From Candidatus Latescibacterota bacterium (GTDB lineage Bacteria; Latescibacterota; UBA2968; UBA8231): a stretch of DNA of 64,000 bases. The stretch covers positions 3,968,001 through 4,032,000 of the forward strand of contig CBDETY010000003.1 of NCBI GenBank assembly GCA_965243025.1. Reading direction: 5' to 3'. The position numbers and the translations under genes are program-made. Position 1 is the stretch's first letter. Every line of letters starts with the position of its first letter. The notes below the pieces were generated by a model. It had not been told where the DNA came from. It ran no database searches and was given only the letters and a program-made list of their open reading frames with translations. Below, piece by piece: positions 9,707 to 17,800 of the stretch.

Positions 9707-9720
9707 GGGCGATATCGCCC
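9707..9720. promoter_or_regulatory. 14-bp perfect palindrome upstream of paralog A (degenerate copy at 8727..8740)
   Basis: GGGCGATATCGCCC, with GGGGGATTTCGCCC at identical spacing upstream of the paralog B ATG. Confidence 0.35.
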
Positions 9721-9898
9721 AGACGATACTACCCATTGCCCGAGCCGGCTTGCCGCCCCGGGTCAGTGACTTCACTCATTCCGCCACCCCGCGACACCTG
9801 TTGCGGGAACGGGCGCCCGGTACAGGGAATCCTCCTGCCCAACCCCGGCCGACACCCGCAGCCACTGACCCTGGCTCGGACCCTGACCCCCAATTACC

Positions 9899-11023
9899 CT
9901 ACGCCGCCCGGATCCCGCGCACCTCCTCCGACCAGTCCCGCCAGATGTCGCCGCCGGCGTTGTCGACCACGAGCGCGTCCGGAACCGACTCGGCGGTCTT
10001 GAGGTAACCGTAGATCGTCGCCTGGCGGATGACGTCGGCGGACCGGTTCTGTCCGGCGATGTGCAGGATCTTGGTGTGCCACAGCACCGCGGTGCCGGCC
10101 GGCCCGTGACAGTCGACGGGATCCGTGTCGGCCTTGATCTCCCCGATGACGGGGTCGTTGTAGCCTCCCGCCTTGCGCACCGGCAGGTGCTTGTCGGTGT
10201 GCTTCTCCCCCTCGTGGAAGGCCTTCCACTGCTCCGGCCAGATCCTCGCGTGGCTCCCGGGCCACACGGTGAAGCCGCCGCAGCCAGGGGGCAGGTCGTC
10301 GATGTAGGCGGAAACCTGCAGTCGATAGCGGCTGTAGCAGGCGCCGTCGGAATGGGCGCCGCGGTAGTCGGCGGTGTGCGCAGGGCTGCCGGGCAGGGTG
10401 CAGTACAGGCCGCGCGTCCCCTGGCCGTTGAGCCACACCGGTCCGGTCGCCGGCAGGCGCAGCTCTTCGGTGGTGAAGGTCCCCTGCCGCGGCCAGCCCA
10501 TGTCGCCGCCGGTGTGGCTGACCAGCCCGCCCACCGCGTCGTCGCACATGAAGCAGGGACCGGTCGCGGTCCCGGACTCGTCGAGCCCTTGCGGCCACAC
10601 CACGGTGCCCTCCCCGAGGAGCTGGCCGGCGACCTGCCACAGCGCCCGCGGCACGAGGTCGAGGAGGGTTTCCCCGGTGCCGTTGCGGACCGTATAGCGG
10701 TGGTTCCTGCCGCTGAACAGGGGTTCGCCGCCGGCCGGGGGCCGGTTGGCCGCCAGCCTTTCGTGCTCCTCCATGGTCACCGGTCCCCAGGTTGAGGAGT
10801 CGCCCCGCTTCATGCGCGGCAGCGCCTCGCCGACCGCCTCCCACATCTCGTCCCGGGCCCGGCGGCACAGCTCCGGGTCGAGGACCCCCGGGAGAACGAG
10901 GTACCCGTCCCGCTTGAAGTCGGCGATCTGGCTCTCCCTCAGGCGCTCGACCTGCCTGACGTCCGGGGTTTTTCGGGGCTCGACCATTTCAGTCCTTCCC
11001 TGGTGTTTGGCGTTCGCGGTCAT
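9899..11023 (-). CDS. PhyH family Fe(II)/2OG dioxygenase
   Basis: FKRDGYLVLPGVL; AHSD (HxD); GGFTVWPGSH; WHTKILH. ATGA overlap with upstream gene (alternative start 10987). Confidence 0.85.
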   Translation of the reverse strand: MTANAKHQGRTEMVEPRKTPDVRQVERLRESQIADFKRDGYLVLPGVLDPELCRRARDEMWEAVGEALPRMKRGDSSTWGPVTMEEHERLAANRPPAGGEPLFSGRNHRYTVRNGTGETLLDLVPRALWQVAGQLLGEGTVVWPQGLDESGTATGPCFMCDDAVGGLVSHTGGDMGWPRQGTFTTEELRLPATGPVWLNGQGTRGLYCTLPGSPAHTADYRGAHSDGACYSRYRLQVSAYIDDLPPGCGGFTVWPGSHARIWPEQWKAFHEGEKHTDKHLPVRKAGGYNDPVIGEIKADTDPVDCHGPAGTAVLWHTKILHIAGQNRSADVIRQATIYGYLKTAESVPDALVVDNAGGDIWRDWSEEVRGIRAA

Positions 11024-12054
11024 TCGATATCGACCCTTTGCTGCGCCTCGGCACTGTCATACAGGGCATCGAGGATCTTCATGAACACGTATGCCTCCGC
11101 GGCGCCGACATCCGGTTCGACCTCTCCGGCGGCGGCCATCGCAAAGTGCTCTATCTCGTAGAAGAAGACAGGCGGATTCTCCGGTAGCTCGCTGTGGGGG
11201 ATCTCCACCGCTTCATCGATCTCCTCGCGGATGAACCCCGACTCCCGATGCCGGCAGATGGCCCCTCCCGTGATCGCGCCCGTGCTGCCGTAGAGCTCGA
11301 CGGTGGTCGGCGAATCGGTGTGCACCATGCGGGAGCAATCGATCTGAATCGTCTTGCCGCCTTCGAAACCCACCAGCCCGGTGAAATAGTCCTCGGCAGG
11401 GCCCTCGGGTCCATCGTAGACCGGGTATACGGCGTGTGCCGCACCGAACGCCCACTCGGGCCGGGGACAACCCATCCACCACCAGGCCAGATCCAGTTCA
11501 TGCGAGTAGTGCTGCGCCAGTGATCCTCCCTTGCGGCCGTAGGCGTGCAACCAGCGCGTGCCGTCGGTCAGCGGGGGAATCGAATTGTATTTACCGAAGA
11601 TGCGGGCATGATAGGCGCCGCCGATTTTTCCGCGCTGCACAGCCCGGCGAATCCTGCGGTTGCCGGGGTAGTGACGCATGAAGTAACAGAACTGGAGCGT
11701 CTTGTCCGCCTTCCTGGAGGCGGCCTCCATCTCCAGGATTTCGGGAGCCCTGATCGCGTGCGGCTTCTGTACCAGGGCGTGCTTGCCGGCGTCGAGGATA
11801 TCGACAACCATCTGCAGCCGGCCTTCGGGAGTGGTGGCGAGGTAGACGGCCTCGACAGTGGGGTCATCGAGCAGGTCGCGGTAATCGCCGTATGATCCGG
11901 GTACGGAGAATTCCTCAACGACATGGCCGCGCCGCGTCAGGTCGAGATCCGCCACGGCAACGACCGAGGTGCGGGGGACCGCGGTTGCCGCCAGTACGGC
12001 TTGCTCTCCTGCCCAGCCGCAGCCAACGACTCCAAGCTTTATCGGCTCTGTCAT
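11020..12054 (-). CDS. Gfo/Idh/MocA family oxidoreductase
   Basis: LGVVGCGWAG Rossmann motif; HALVQKP; HYSHELD. Confidence 0.88.
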   Translation of the reverse strand: MTEPIKLGVVGCGWAGEQAVLAATAVPRTSVVAVADLDLTRRGHVVEEFSVPGSYGDYRDLLDDPTVEAVYLATTPEGRLQMVVDILDAGKHALVQKPHAIRAPEILEMEAASRKADKTLQFCYFMRHYPGNRRIRRAVQRGKIGGAYHARIFGKYNSIPPLTDGTRWLHAYGRKGGSLAQHYSHELDLAWWWMGCPRPEWAFGAAHAVYPVYDGPEGPAEDYFTGLVGFEGGKTIQIDCSRMVHTDSPTTVELYGSTGAITGGAICRHRESGFIREEIDEAVEIPHSELPENPPVFFYEIEHFAMAAAGEVEPDVGAAEAYVFMKILDALYDSAEAQQRVDIE

Positions 12055-12137
12055 GTTCGAAACCCTTCGTATCCCGGAGTAACGCGGGGCGAATGAAGAA
12101 ATGGGCTCCAGAATGTGATTGTGCTAAAATTCCCCAC

Positions 12138-12180
12138 AAAAAAACAGGCACTTACTTTTGACTGCGGTAAGTGCCTGTTT
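12138..12180 (-). terminator. Intrinsic terminator downstream of tRNA-Phe
   Basis: 14-bp inverted repeat AAACAGGCACTTAC (12142-12155) / GTAAGTGCCTGTTT (12167-12180), followed on the minus strand by a T run. Confidence 0.75.
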
Positions 12181-12194
12181 ATTTTAAAGAAAAA

Positions 12195-12270
12195 TGGTGG
12201 CTCCTCGCGGAATCGAACCGCGGACACAGGGATTTTCAGTCCCCTGCTCTACCTACTGAGCTAAAGAGCC
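12195..12270 (-). tRNA. tRNA-Phe (GAA)
   Basis: Minus strand GGCTCTTTAGCTCAGTAGGTAGAGCAGGGGACTGAAAATCCCTGTGTCCGCGGTTCGATTCCGCGAGGAGCCACCA: 76 nt, anticodon loop CTGAAAA, GTTCGA T-loop, encoded CCA. Confidence 0.98.
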
Positions 12271-12409
12271 ACCAAAAAAGGCTTTGAAAAAGCGAGGGCC
12301 GGCTGTCCGACCTGCCGGCCATTCAGACAACCCCGATCAGCCTGCTCCGCAACGGGTTGCCGGAGCGGAAAACCTCAGGGTTGCCCCCCCACTCTGTCAA
12401 GGAGGACCG

Positions 12410-13000
12410 ATGGCCGTCAACGTGATCCCGTTCAGCATGCCGGCGCCGATGGAGATCCCGTCTCACATCGTCGAAATGCTCTCCGGAATGGAGCCCGGCG
12501 AAGCGGTCTGCAAGGGGATGGAGCTTCTGATGGGAATCGACGCGGCGGACGCGATGGTGTACGAACGGATCGCCGGCGACGGAACCCTGCACCTGCATGC
12601 GGTGCGCTCGGGCGACGGCCGTTCCGGAGAGCTGGAGCGTACCCTCGGCCAGGAGAGTTTCTACGGCAGGCCGCTCGGCGAAGATTCCCGCTCGACGGCC
12701 GCGGCGGCCTTCGAAAAGAACAGCCCCCTGCTGATCATGGGAGAAAGCAGCGGGGACGGCGACGGACCGCTGCCGCCCGGTCTCGGAAAGGTGATCCTCG
12801 GCGGAAGCGACAGCGGCAACGTCGGCTTCGTCTACGTCCTTCCCCTGTCAGGGGCCGGCGACCGGCCCCTCGGCGCCCTGACGCTGATCCGCGCACAAAA
12901 AAACGGGCCGCTCAATCACGAGCAGCCCAATATCGCCGAGGCAATGCGGCAGCTTCTCGGCCGGCTGCTCGATCGCCAGCCGCCGGCCGGAAGCGGATGA
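12410..13000 (+). CDS. Stand-alone GAF-domain protein
   Basis: ATG 12410 after AAGGAGG. GAF-like C-terminal strands (FVYVLPL...PLGALTLIR) and terminal helix; no output domain. Confidence 0.6.
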   Translation: MAVNVIPFSMPAPMEIPSHIVEMLSGMEPGEAVCKGMELLMGIDAADAMVYERIAGDGTLHLHAVRSGDGRSGELERTLGQESFYGRPLGEDSRSTAAAAFEKNSPLLIMGESSGDGDGPLPPGLGKVILGGSDSGNVGFVYVLPLSGAGDRPLGALTLIRAQKNGPLNHEQPNIAEAMRQLLGRLLDRQPPAGSG

Positions 13001-13017
13001 GAAACCGGGTATTCGCC

Positions 13018-13287
13018 TCAGGCGCCTGCCGGCTCGACGACTCCTTTCTGCAGCATCCAGGCCTCGACCTCTTCGCCGCTGACGTCGGCGAGCATCTCGC
13101 TGCCGACCACGACGCAGGGGGACAGCGGCTGGCCGCTTTTCTGCACCATCTCGGCGTAGTTTCCGGGATCGTTGATGATGTCCTTGTCCTCGTACTGCAG
13201 GCCGTACTTCGCGAAAACTTCCCGCACTCCGGCGCTCCAGCCGCACACCGGCTTGAGGTATGCCGTGATCTCAGGTTGGTCTGCCAT
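13018..13287 (-). CDS. Glutaredoxin (monothiol CGWS type)
   Basis: KPVCGWS active-site motif; SGQPLSP cis-Pro motif; GGAGGA RBS. Confidence 0.85.
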   Translation of the reverse strand: MADQPEITAYLKPVCGWSAGVREVFAKYGLQYEDKDIINDPGNYAEMVQKSGQPLSPCVVVGSEMLADVSGEEVEAWMLQKGVVEPAGA

Positions 13288-13366
13288 CTGCCAGTCCTCC
13301 GATAATTGGCGTCCAAAGGGAGTATCCGGCCTCGAAAGAGTTGCCCTCCGAGGCTGGAAGTGCTGA

Positions 13367-13394
13367 AATATACCCTCGCCTATCTACCTGTCAA
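13367..13394 (-). promoter_or_regulatory. Sigma70-type promoter for glutaredoxin
   Basis: Minus strand TTGACA (13394-13389), 16-nt spacer, TATATT (13372-13367). Confidence 0.5.
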
Positions 13395-13422
13395 CCCAAT
13401 GTGTTACGTCGACTTTTAGCGA

Positions 13423-13452
13423 TTGACTCCAGGGCTTTTGAAATGGTATCTT
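13423..13452 (+). promoter_or_regulatory. Sigma70-type promoter for murA
   Basis: TTGACT, 18-nt spacer, extended -10 TG-n-TATCTT. Confidence 0.5.
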
Positions 13453-13537
13453 GGGAAATGCTTTCCCCCACCATCCCTCCCCGCAACCGGCAGGAACGCT
13501 TCCCCGGTCCCCCGTCCCTGCAAGATTACGAGGGCTG

Positions 13538-14806
13538 ATGGCTACCGAATCCCTGTATATCGAAGGTGGAACCCCCCTGGCCGGGGAGGCCGTGGTTCAG
13601 GGTTCCAAGAACGCCGCTCTACCGATGATCGCCGCGTCGATTCTCGCCGAAAGCGGACAGACCGTCCTGCACCGGGTCCCGCCGGTGAAGGACGTGCTTC
13701 TGGCAATGGAGATCCTGCGCCGCCTCGGGGCGCGGGTCGACTACGACCCCGACGAGGGGGTCGCCGTGATCGACGCGACCGCGCTTTCTTCCACCGAGCT
13801 GCCCGGGGAGCTTTCTCACCGGCTGCGCGCATCGCTGCTGTTCGTCGGACCCCTTCTCAGCCGCTTCGGGGAAGTGACGATCGAAGAGGTCGGAGGCTGC
13901 TCGATCGGGGCGAGGCCGACCGACTACCACTACCGCGGGTTCGCCCGCATGGGGGCAACTGTTTCCGGCACCGGCTCGGACGGCTACGACGTCCGGGCGG
14001 ACGACCTTCGCGGCGCAAAGATGTACCTCGACCTGCCGAGCCACACCGGGGTCGAGAACCTGGTCATGGCCGCCAGTCTGGCCAAGGGGGATTCGGTCAT
14101 CGTCAACGCCGCGTCCGATCCCGACATCTCCGACTTCGCGGAGCTGCTGATCAAGATGGGGGCCAAGGTGCAGGGCGTAGGCTCGCGCACCGTGCACATC
14201 ACCGGCGTCGACAAGCTTCACGGCGCCGAGCACACGGTCATGTACGACCGCCTCGACGCCGGCATACTGATGATGGCGGCCGCAATCACCGGGGGCGACG
14301 CAGCCCTGCGCGGCGTCGTCAGGCATCACCTCGACATCTTCGAAGCCAAGCTGGTGCAGATGGGGGTCGAGGTGAGCGGCGAGGGGGAGCTCGTTCGCGT
14401 CACCGGTCCGGACCGCCTGCAGCCGATCAACGTCGTGTCGACGTTCTACCCGGGATTTCCGACCGACCTGCAGCCGAGCATCACCGCTCTCGCCTGCGTC
14501 GCCGACGGCGACAGCTACATCCGCGAGACCGTGTTCGAGGACCGCTTCGGGCACGTCAAGAACCTGCGCGCCTTCGGCGCCAGCCTGTCCCCGGAAAAGG
14601 ACCGCGTCGTCATCGTCCACGGGCCTGCGAAGCTGCGGGGGACGCGGGTGCGGGCCCAGGACATCCGCGCCGGCGGCGCCTGCCTGCTGGCCGGGCTCGC
14701 CGCCGAGGGCCGCACCTGCATCACCAACCTCTACCAGCTCGACCGCGGCCACGCCGATCTCGCTGAGCGGCTGCGGGGGCTCGGAGCCGCGATCGAGCGC
14801 ATATAA
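13538..14806 (+). CDS. murA: UDP-N-acetylglucosamine 1-carboxyvinyltransferase
   Basis: GSKNAALP, LRAS, GGCSIGARP (Cys115 equivalent), GFPTDLQ, FEDRF, DIRAG, LDRG. Start moved to ATG 13538. Confidence 0.9.
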   Translation: MATESLYIEGGTPLAGEAVVQGSKNAALPMIAASILAESGQTVLHRVPPVKDVLLAMEILRRLGARVDYDPDEGVAVIDATALSSTELPGELSHRLRASLLFVGPLLSRFGEVTIEEVGGCSIGARPTDYHYRGFARMGATVSGTGSDGYDVRADDLRGAKMYLDLPSHTGVENLVMAASLAKGDSVIVNAASDPDISDFAELLIKMGAKVQGVGSRTVHITGVDKLHGAEHTVMYDRLDAGILMMAAAITGGDAALRGVVRHHLDIFEAKLVQMGVEVSGEGELVRVTGPDRLQPINVVSTFYPGFPTDLQPSITALACVADGDSYIRETVFEDRFGHVKNLRAFGASLSPEKDRVVIVHGPAKLRGTRVRAQDIRAGGACLLAGLAAEGRTCITNLYQLDRGHADLAERLRGLGAAIERI

Positions 14807-14827
14807 CTGAGGCTCCAAAGCACCGCG

Positions 14828-14867
14828 AAAAAGGCAGTCAGGGGTTTCCTTGACTGCCTTTTTGTTT
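14828..14867 (+). terminator. Intrinsic (possibly bidirectional) terminator after murA
   Basis: AAAAA-GGCAGTCAGG-ggttt-CCTTGACTGCC-TTTTTGTTT. Confidence 0.8.
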
Positions 14868-14883
14868 CTGCTACGTTGCGGTC

Positions 14884-15993
14884 ATGGCCCCCCTGCACGA
14901 AGAAAAGGTCTATCTCCTGCGCACCGGGATCGAAGGGGACACCGCCCCCTTCGCCGCCTACCGGGATCTCTCCCGCGCCGCCCTGGACGCTCTCGAACCG
15001 GCGATCCCCCCTTCCGGCCAGATCACCATCAAGCCGAACGCCACGGTGCTCTACCCCGCCGACGTCCGGGTAGTCACCCACCCCGGGTTCCTCGCCGGGA
15101 TCGCCGACTACCTGCTCGGCCGCGGAGCGGCCCCCGGCCGCCTGCTGGTCGCCGACGGACAGTCCGGGGAAAACCCGGACGAGGGGTTCACCTGGAAGGG
15201 CGCGGGGTACGCGGCCATGGCGGAGGAGCGCGGGATCCGGTTGAAGTGCCTGAACGACGAACCGACCCGGCCCGTCGCCGTGGACCATGGGGCGGTCTAC
15301 GACAGCTACCCGATCTACTCCGACGTGACCGACTGCAGCCTGCTTATCAACGCTCCCCTGGCCAAGTGCCACAACCTCGGCTGCACGACCCTCGCCATAA
15401 AGAACCTGATGGGGGTGATCGGCAGGCCGGAGCGGCACCTGTGCGCCACCCAGGCCGTCGACGAGCCGCTGGGAGAGGACCTGTGGCGCCTGACCGGGAG
15501 CGGACTCAGCCTCTTCGAGGACCGCTTCTACGACAAGCTCTGCGACCTCGTCGCCGCCGTGCGCAGCCTCGGGATGCCGCGGCTGAGCATCGTCGACGGT
15601 CTCATCGGACGGGACGGCACCGCCTTCCACGAAGGGGAGAACCACCCGCTGGGCTGGACCGTGGCCGGGGTCAACGAGGTGCACGTCGACGCGGTGGCGA
15701 CCTGGCTCATGGGGCTCGACCCCACGGTCACCCCCTACCTGCGGGCAGCCTCCGAACGGGGCCTCGGGACCGCCGACGTCAAGGAGATCGAGGTCGTCGA
15801 CCTCGCCAGCGGCGAAAGCCTCGACCGGGCGCAGCTCGCCGCGGCCCGCAGGCGGCCACCGCTGATGCCGGTCTGCCGCGGCGAAGCCGGCTACTACGAC
15901 CGCTTCCGGTCCGACGGCTCGGTGGTCCCCTGGCAGATCGACCGGATCAACGCCCGGCGCCGCGCCGACGGAGAGAGCGAAATTGCCGCCTGA
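14884..15993 (+). CDS. DUF362 domain protein
   Basis: IKPN, VTHP, INAPLAKCH...TLAIKNLMG, IVDGLIG, VDAVAT motifs. Confidence 0.8.
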   Translation: MAPLHEEKVYLLRTGIEGDTAPFAAYRDLSRAALDALEPAIPPSGQITIKPNATVLYPADVRVVTHPGFLAGIADYLLGRGAAPGRLLVADGQSGENPDEGFTWKGAGYAAMAEERGIRLKCLNDEPTRPVAVDHGAVYDSYPIYSDVTDCSLLINAPLAKCHNLGCTTLAIKNLMGVIGRPERHLCATQAVDEPLGEDLWRLTGSGLSLFEDRFYDKLCDLVAAVRSLGMPRLSIVDGLIGRDGTAFHEGENHPLGWTVAGVNEVHVDAVATWLMGLDPTVTPYLRAASERGLGTADVKEIEVVDLASGESLDRAQLAAARRRPPLMPVCRGEAGYYDRFRSDGSVVPWQIDRINARRRADGESEIAA

Positions 15994-16339
15994 TGACGGC
16001 AGCGGTCCGACTCTCCCGCAGCTGCAGCGACAGGTCGACCAGTGGATTCGCACCGTCGGGATCCGCTACTACTCCGAACTGACGAACACCGCCATACTGG
16101 CGGAGGAGGTCGGGGAAGTGAGCAGGCTGATGGCCCGCCTCTACGGGGACCAGAGTTTCAAGGCGGGGGAAGAGGCGGGGTTGGCCGAGCTGGGCGCGGA
16201 AATGGCGGACGTGCTGTTCGTGCTGATCTGCCTCGCCAACCAGACCGGCGTCGATCTTCAGGAAGCCTTCGACCGGACCATGCACAAAAAGACCATCCGC
16301 GACCGCGACCGTCACGCCGGCAATCCCGGACTGCGATGA
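15983..16339 (+). CDS. MazG-like nucleotide pyrophosphohydrolase (YpjD type)
   Basis: EEVGEV...EMADVLFVLICLANQTGVDL; RDRDRH C-terminus. Confidence 0.88.
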   Translation: MPPDDGSGPTLPQLQRQVDQWIRTVGIRYYSELTNTAILAEEVGEVSRLMARLYGDQSFKAGEEAGLAELGAEMADVLFVLICLANQTGVDLQEAFDRTMHKKTIRDRDRHAGNPGLR

Positions 16340-17688
16340 GGTGCGGCCTGCTCGCGGCCGTCCTGCTCGCCGGTTGCCAGTTGACCAATCCCGCCGTGAG
16401 CCGCTACGAGCCGAGCCGGCTGCCGGTGGGGGACCTGACCCTTTCGACCTGGCTTCCGGCCGGCCTCGACAGCTTCCGCTTCGACGCCGGGGACCGGCAG
16501 CTGCTCTCCGAGATCGGTTTCAATCACATCGAGTGGCTGCAGGAAGTCCGGGTCGGCGATTCGACCGCCGAGGAGGTCGCCATGTCGTTCGCCGGCGACG
16601 CCGGCCTCGGCATGCCCGTCTACTACCCGCCCCCCGGGTTCACCCGTGAGGACAAGCTGCGCGACTTCGCCGTCATGGACGGCGTCGAACCCGGTTTCGA
16701 CGCCGCCGTCCGCGAACGGGTGACGGCGCTGCGGCAGCACTGGGGCGCGGCTCCCGGTTTCACCGGCTACCTGATCGGACACGAGGATTACCGCGCCCGC
16801 TACTACGAGGCCCTGGGAGACATGGTGCGGATCCTGGGGCAGGAAGACCCCCGGCGCCCGGCGATCAGCGTCGGCAACATCGACCACTTCCCCGAGGTCG
16901 GCCGCTTCCTCGACGCCCTGTTCGCCGAGGGCGGGGCCCCCAACATCTTCCAGCACGAGCACTACATCTTCCGCGACGAGGTGCCCACCTCGGGAAGGAA
17001 GCTGCAGAAACGGCTCGACGCCCTGGTGGCGGGGTACGGGCGCCTGGCCCGTTACCTGCAGGACCGGCACGGACGCTGGCACGCCATCGTCCAGGTGCAC
17101 AGCGAAACCCGCGGGCTCGGCTCCGGCGCCTTCTACTACCGCAAGCCGACCGCCGGAGAGATCTCCGTGCAGGTCGGCCTGGCCCTGTCCCGGGGGGCTT
17201 CGGGCATCGTCTACTTCCTCTACAGCTCCGGCTGGGAGTGGATCCGCGACGACGACGGCCACCTGGTGCAGGAGCGCTTCTACGAGGGGATCGTCGACCG
17301 CGACGGCGCGCCGACGCCGACCTACGGCGCCGTCAAGAAGCTGAACGGGCAGCTCGCCGGCCTCGGCCCGCACCTGCGCGACCTGCACTTCCACGGCGGC
17401 TGGGAGGCCGGGGACCTGCCGGACAACGACCTCGTCAGCGCCAGCGATCCCGACCTCGAGCTCGGCCTCTTCGGCGACGGGACCACCGCCACCCACCTGC
17501 TGGTCGTCAACAGGCGCAGCCACCGCGGCCGGCAGGTCGGGCTGAAGCTGACGGGGCCGGCGCGCGACGCGGTGGCCGGGACCTCCCTGCCGCAAGTCCG
17601 CGGCCGCACCCTGCTCGACCTGGAACCCGGGGGGTTCAGGCTCCTCGAGGTGCAGCGAGAAAGTCCGGCGGCCGAGGCAAGTCAATAG
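16336..17688 (+). CDS. Lipoprotein, putative glycoside hydrolase (TIM barrel plus C-terminal beta-sandwich)
   Basis: ATGA overlap; lipobox LLAGC; ALSRGASGIVYFLY, GIVD..G.PTP.Y pattern; HLLVVNR and LEPGGFRLL C-terminal strands. Confidence 0.55.
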   Translation: MRCGLLAAVLLAGCQLTNPAVSRYEPSRLPVGDLTLSTWLPAGLDSFRFDAGDRQLLSEIGFNHIEWLQEVRVGDSTAEEVAMSFAGDAGLGMPVYYPPPGFTREDKLRDFAVMDGVEPGFDAAVRERVTALRQHWGAAPGFTGYLIGHEDYRARYYEALGDMVRILGQEDPRRPAISVGNIDHFPEVGRFLDALFAEGGAPNIFQHEHYIFRDEVPTSGRKLQKRLDALVAGYGRLARYLQDRHGRWHAIVQVHSETRGLGSGAFYYRKPTAGEISVQVGLALSRGASGIVYFLYSSGWEWIRDDDGHLVQERFYEGIVDRDGAPTPTYGAVKKLNGQLAGLGPHLRDLHFHGGWEAGDLPDNDLVSASDPDLELGLFGDGTTATHLLVVNRRSHRGRQVGLKLTGPARDAVAGTSLPQVRGRTLLDLEPGGFRLLEVQRESPAAEASQ

Positions 17689-17800
17689 TTCCCCATCGGT
17701 CTCGATCCCGGTCGATGAAGCCGGGGCAGCGTGAAAGCTTCCTTATGACACCCTCCCGAAAAACATGCTTTCCGTTGCAACCATCGCCGGGGAGGATTCC

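Noticed and set aside
12195-12270. tRNA-Phe as integration site of a genomic island
   Set aside because: No integrase nearby and no duplicated tRNA 3' end noticed; the tRNA is followed directly by its terminator.
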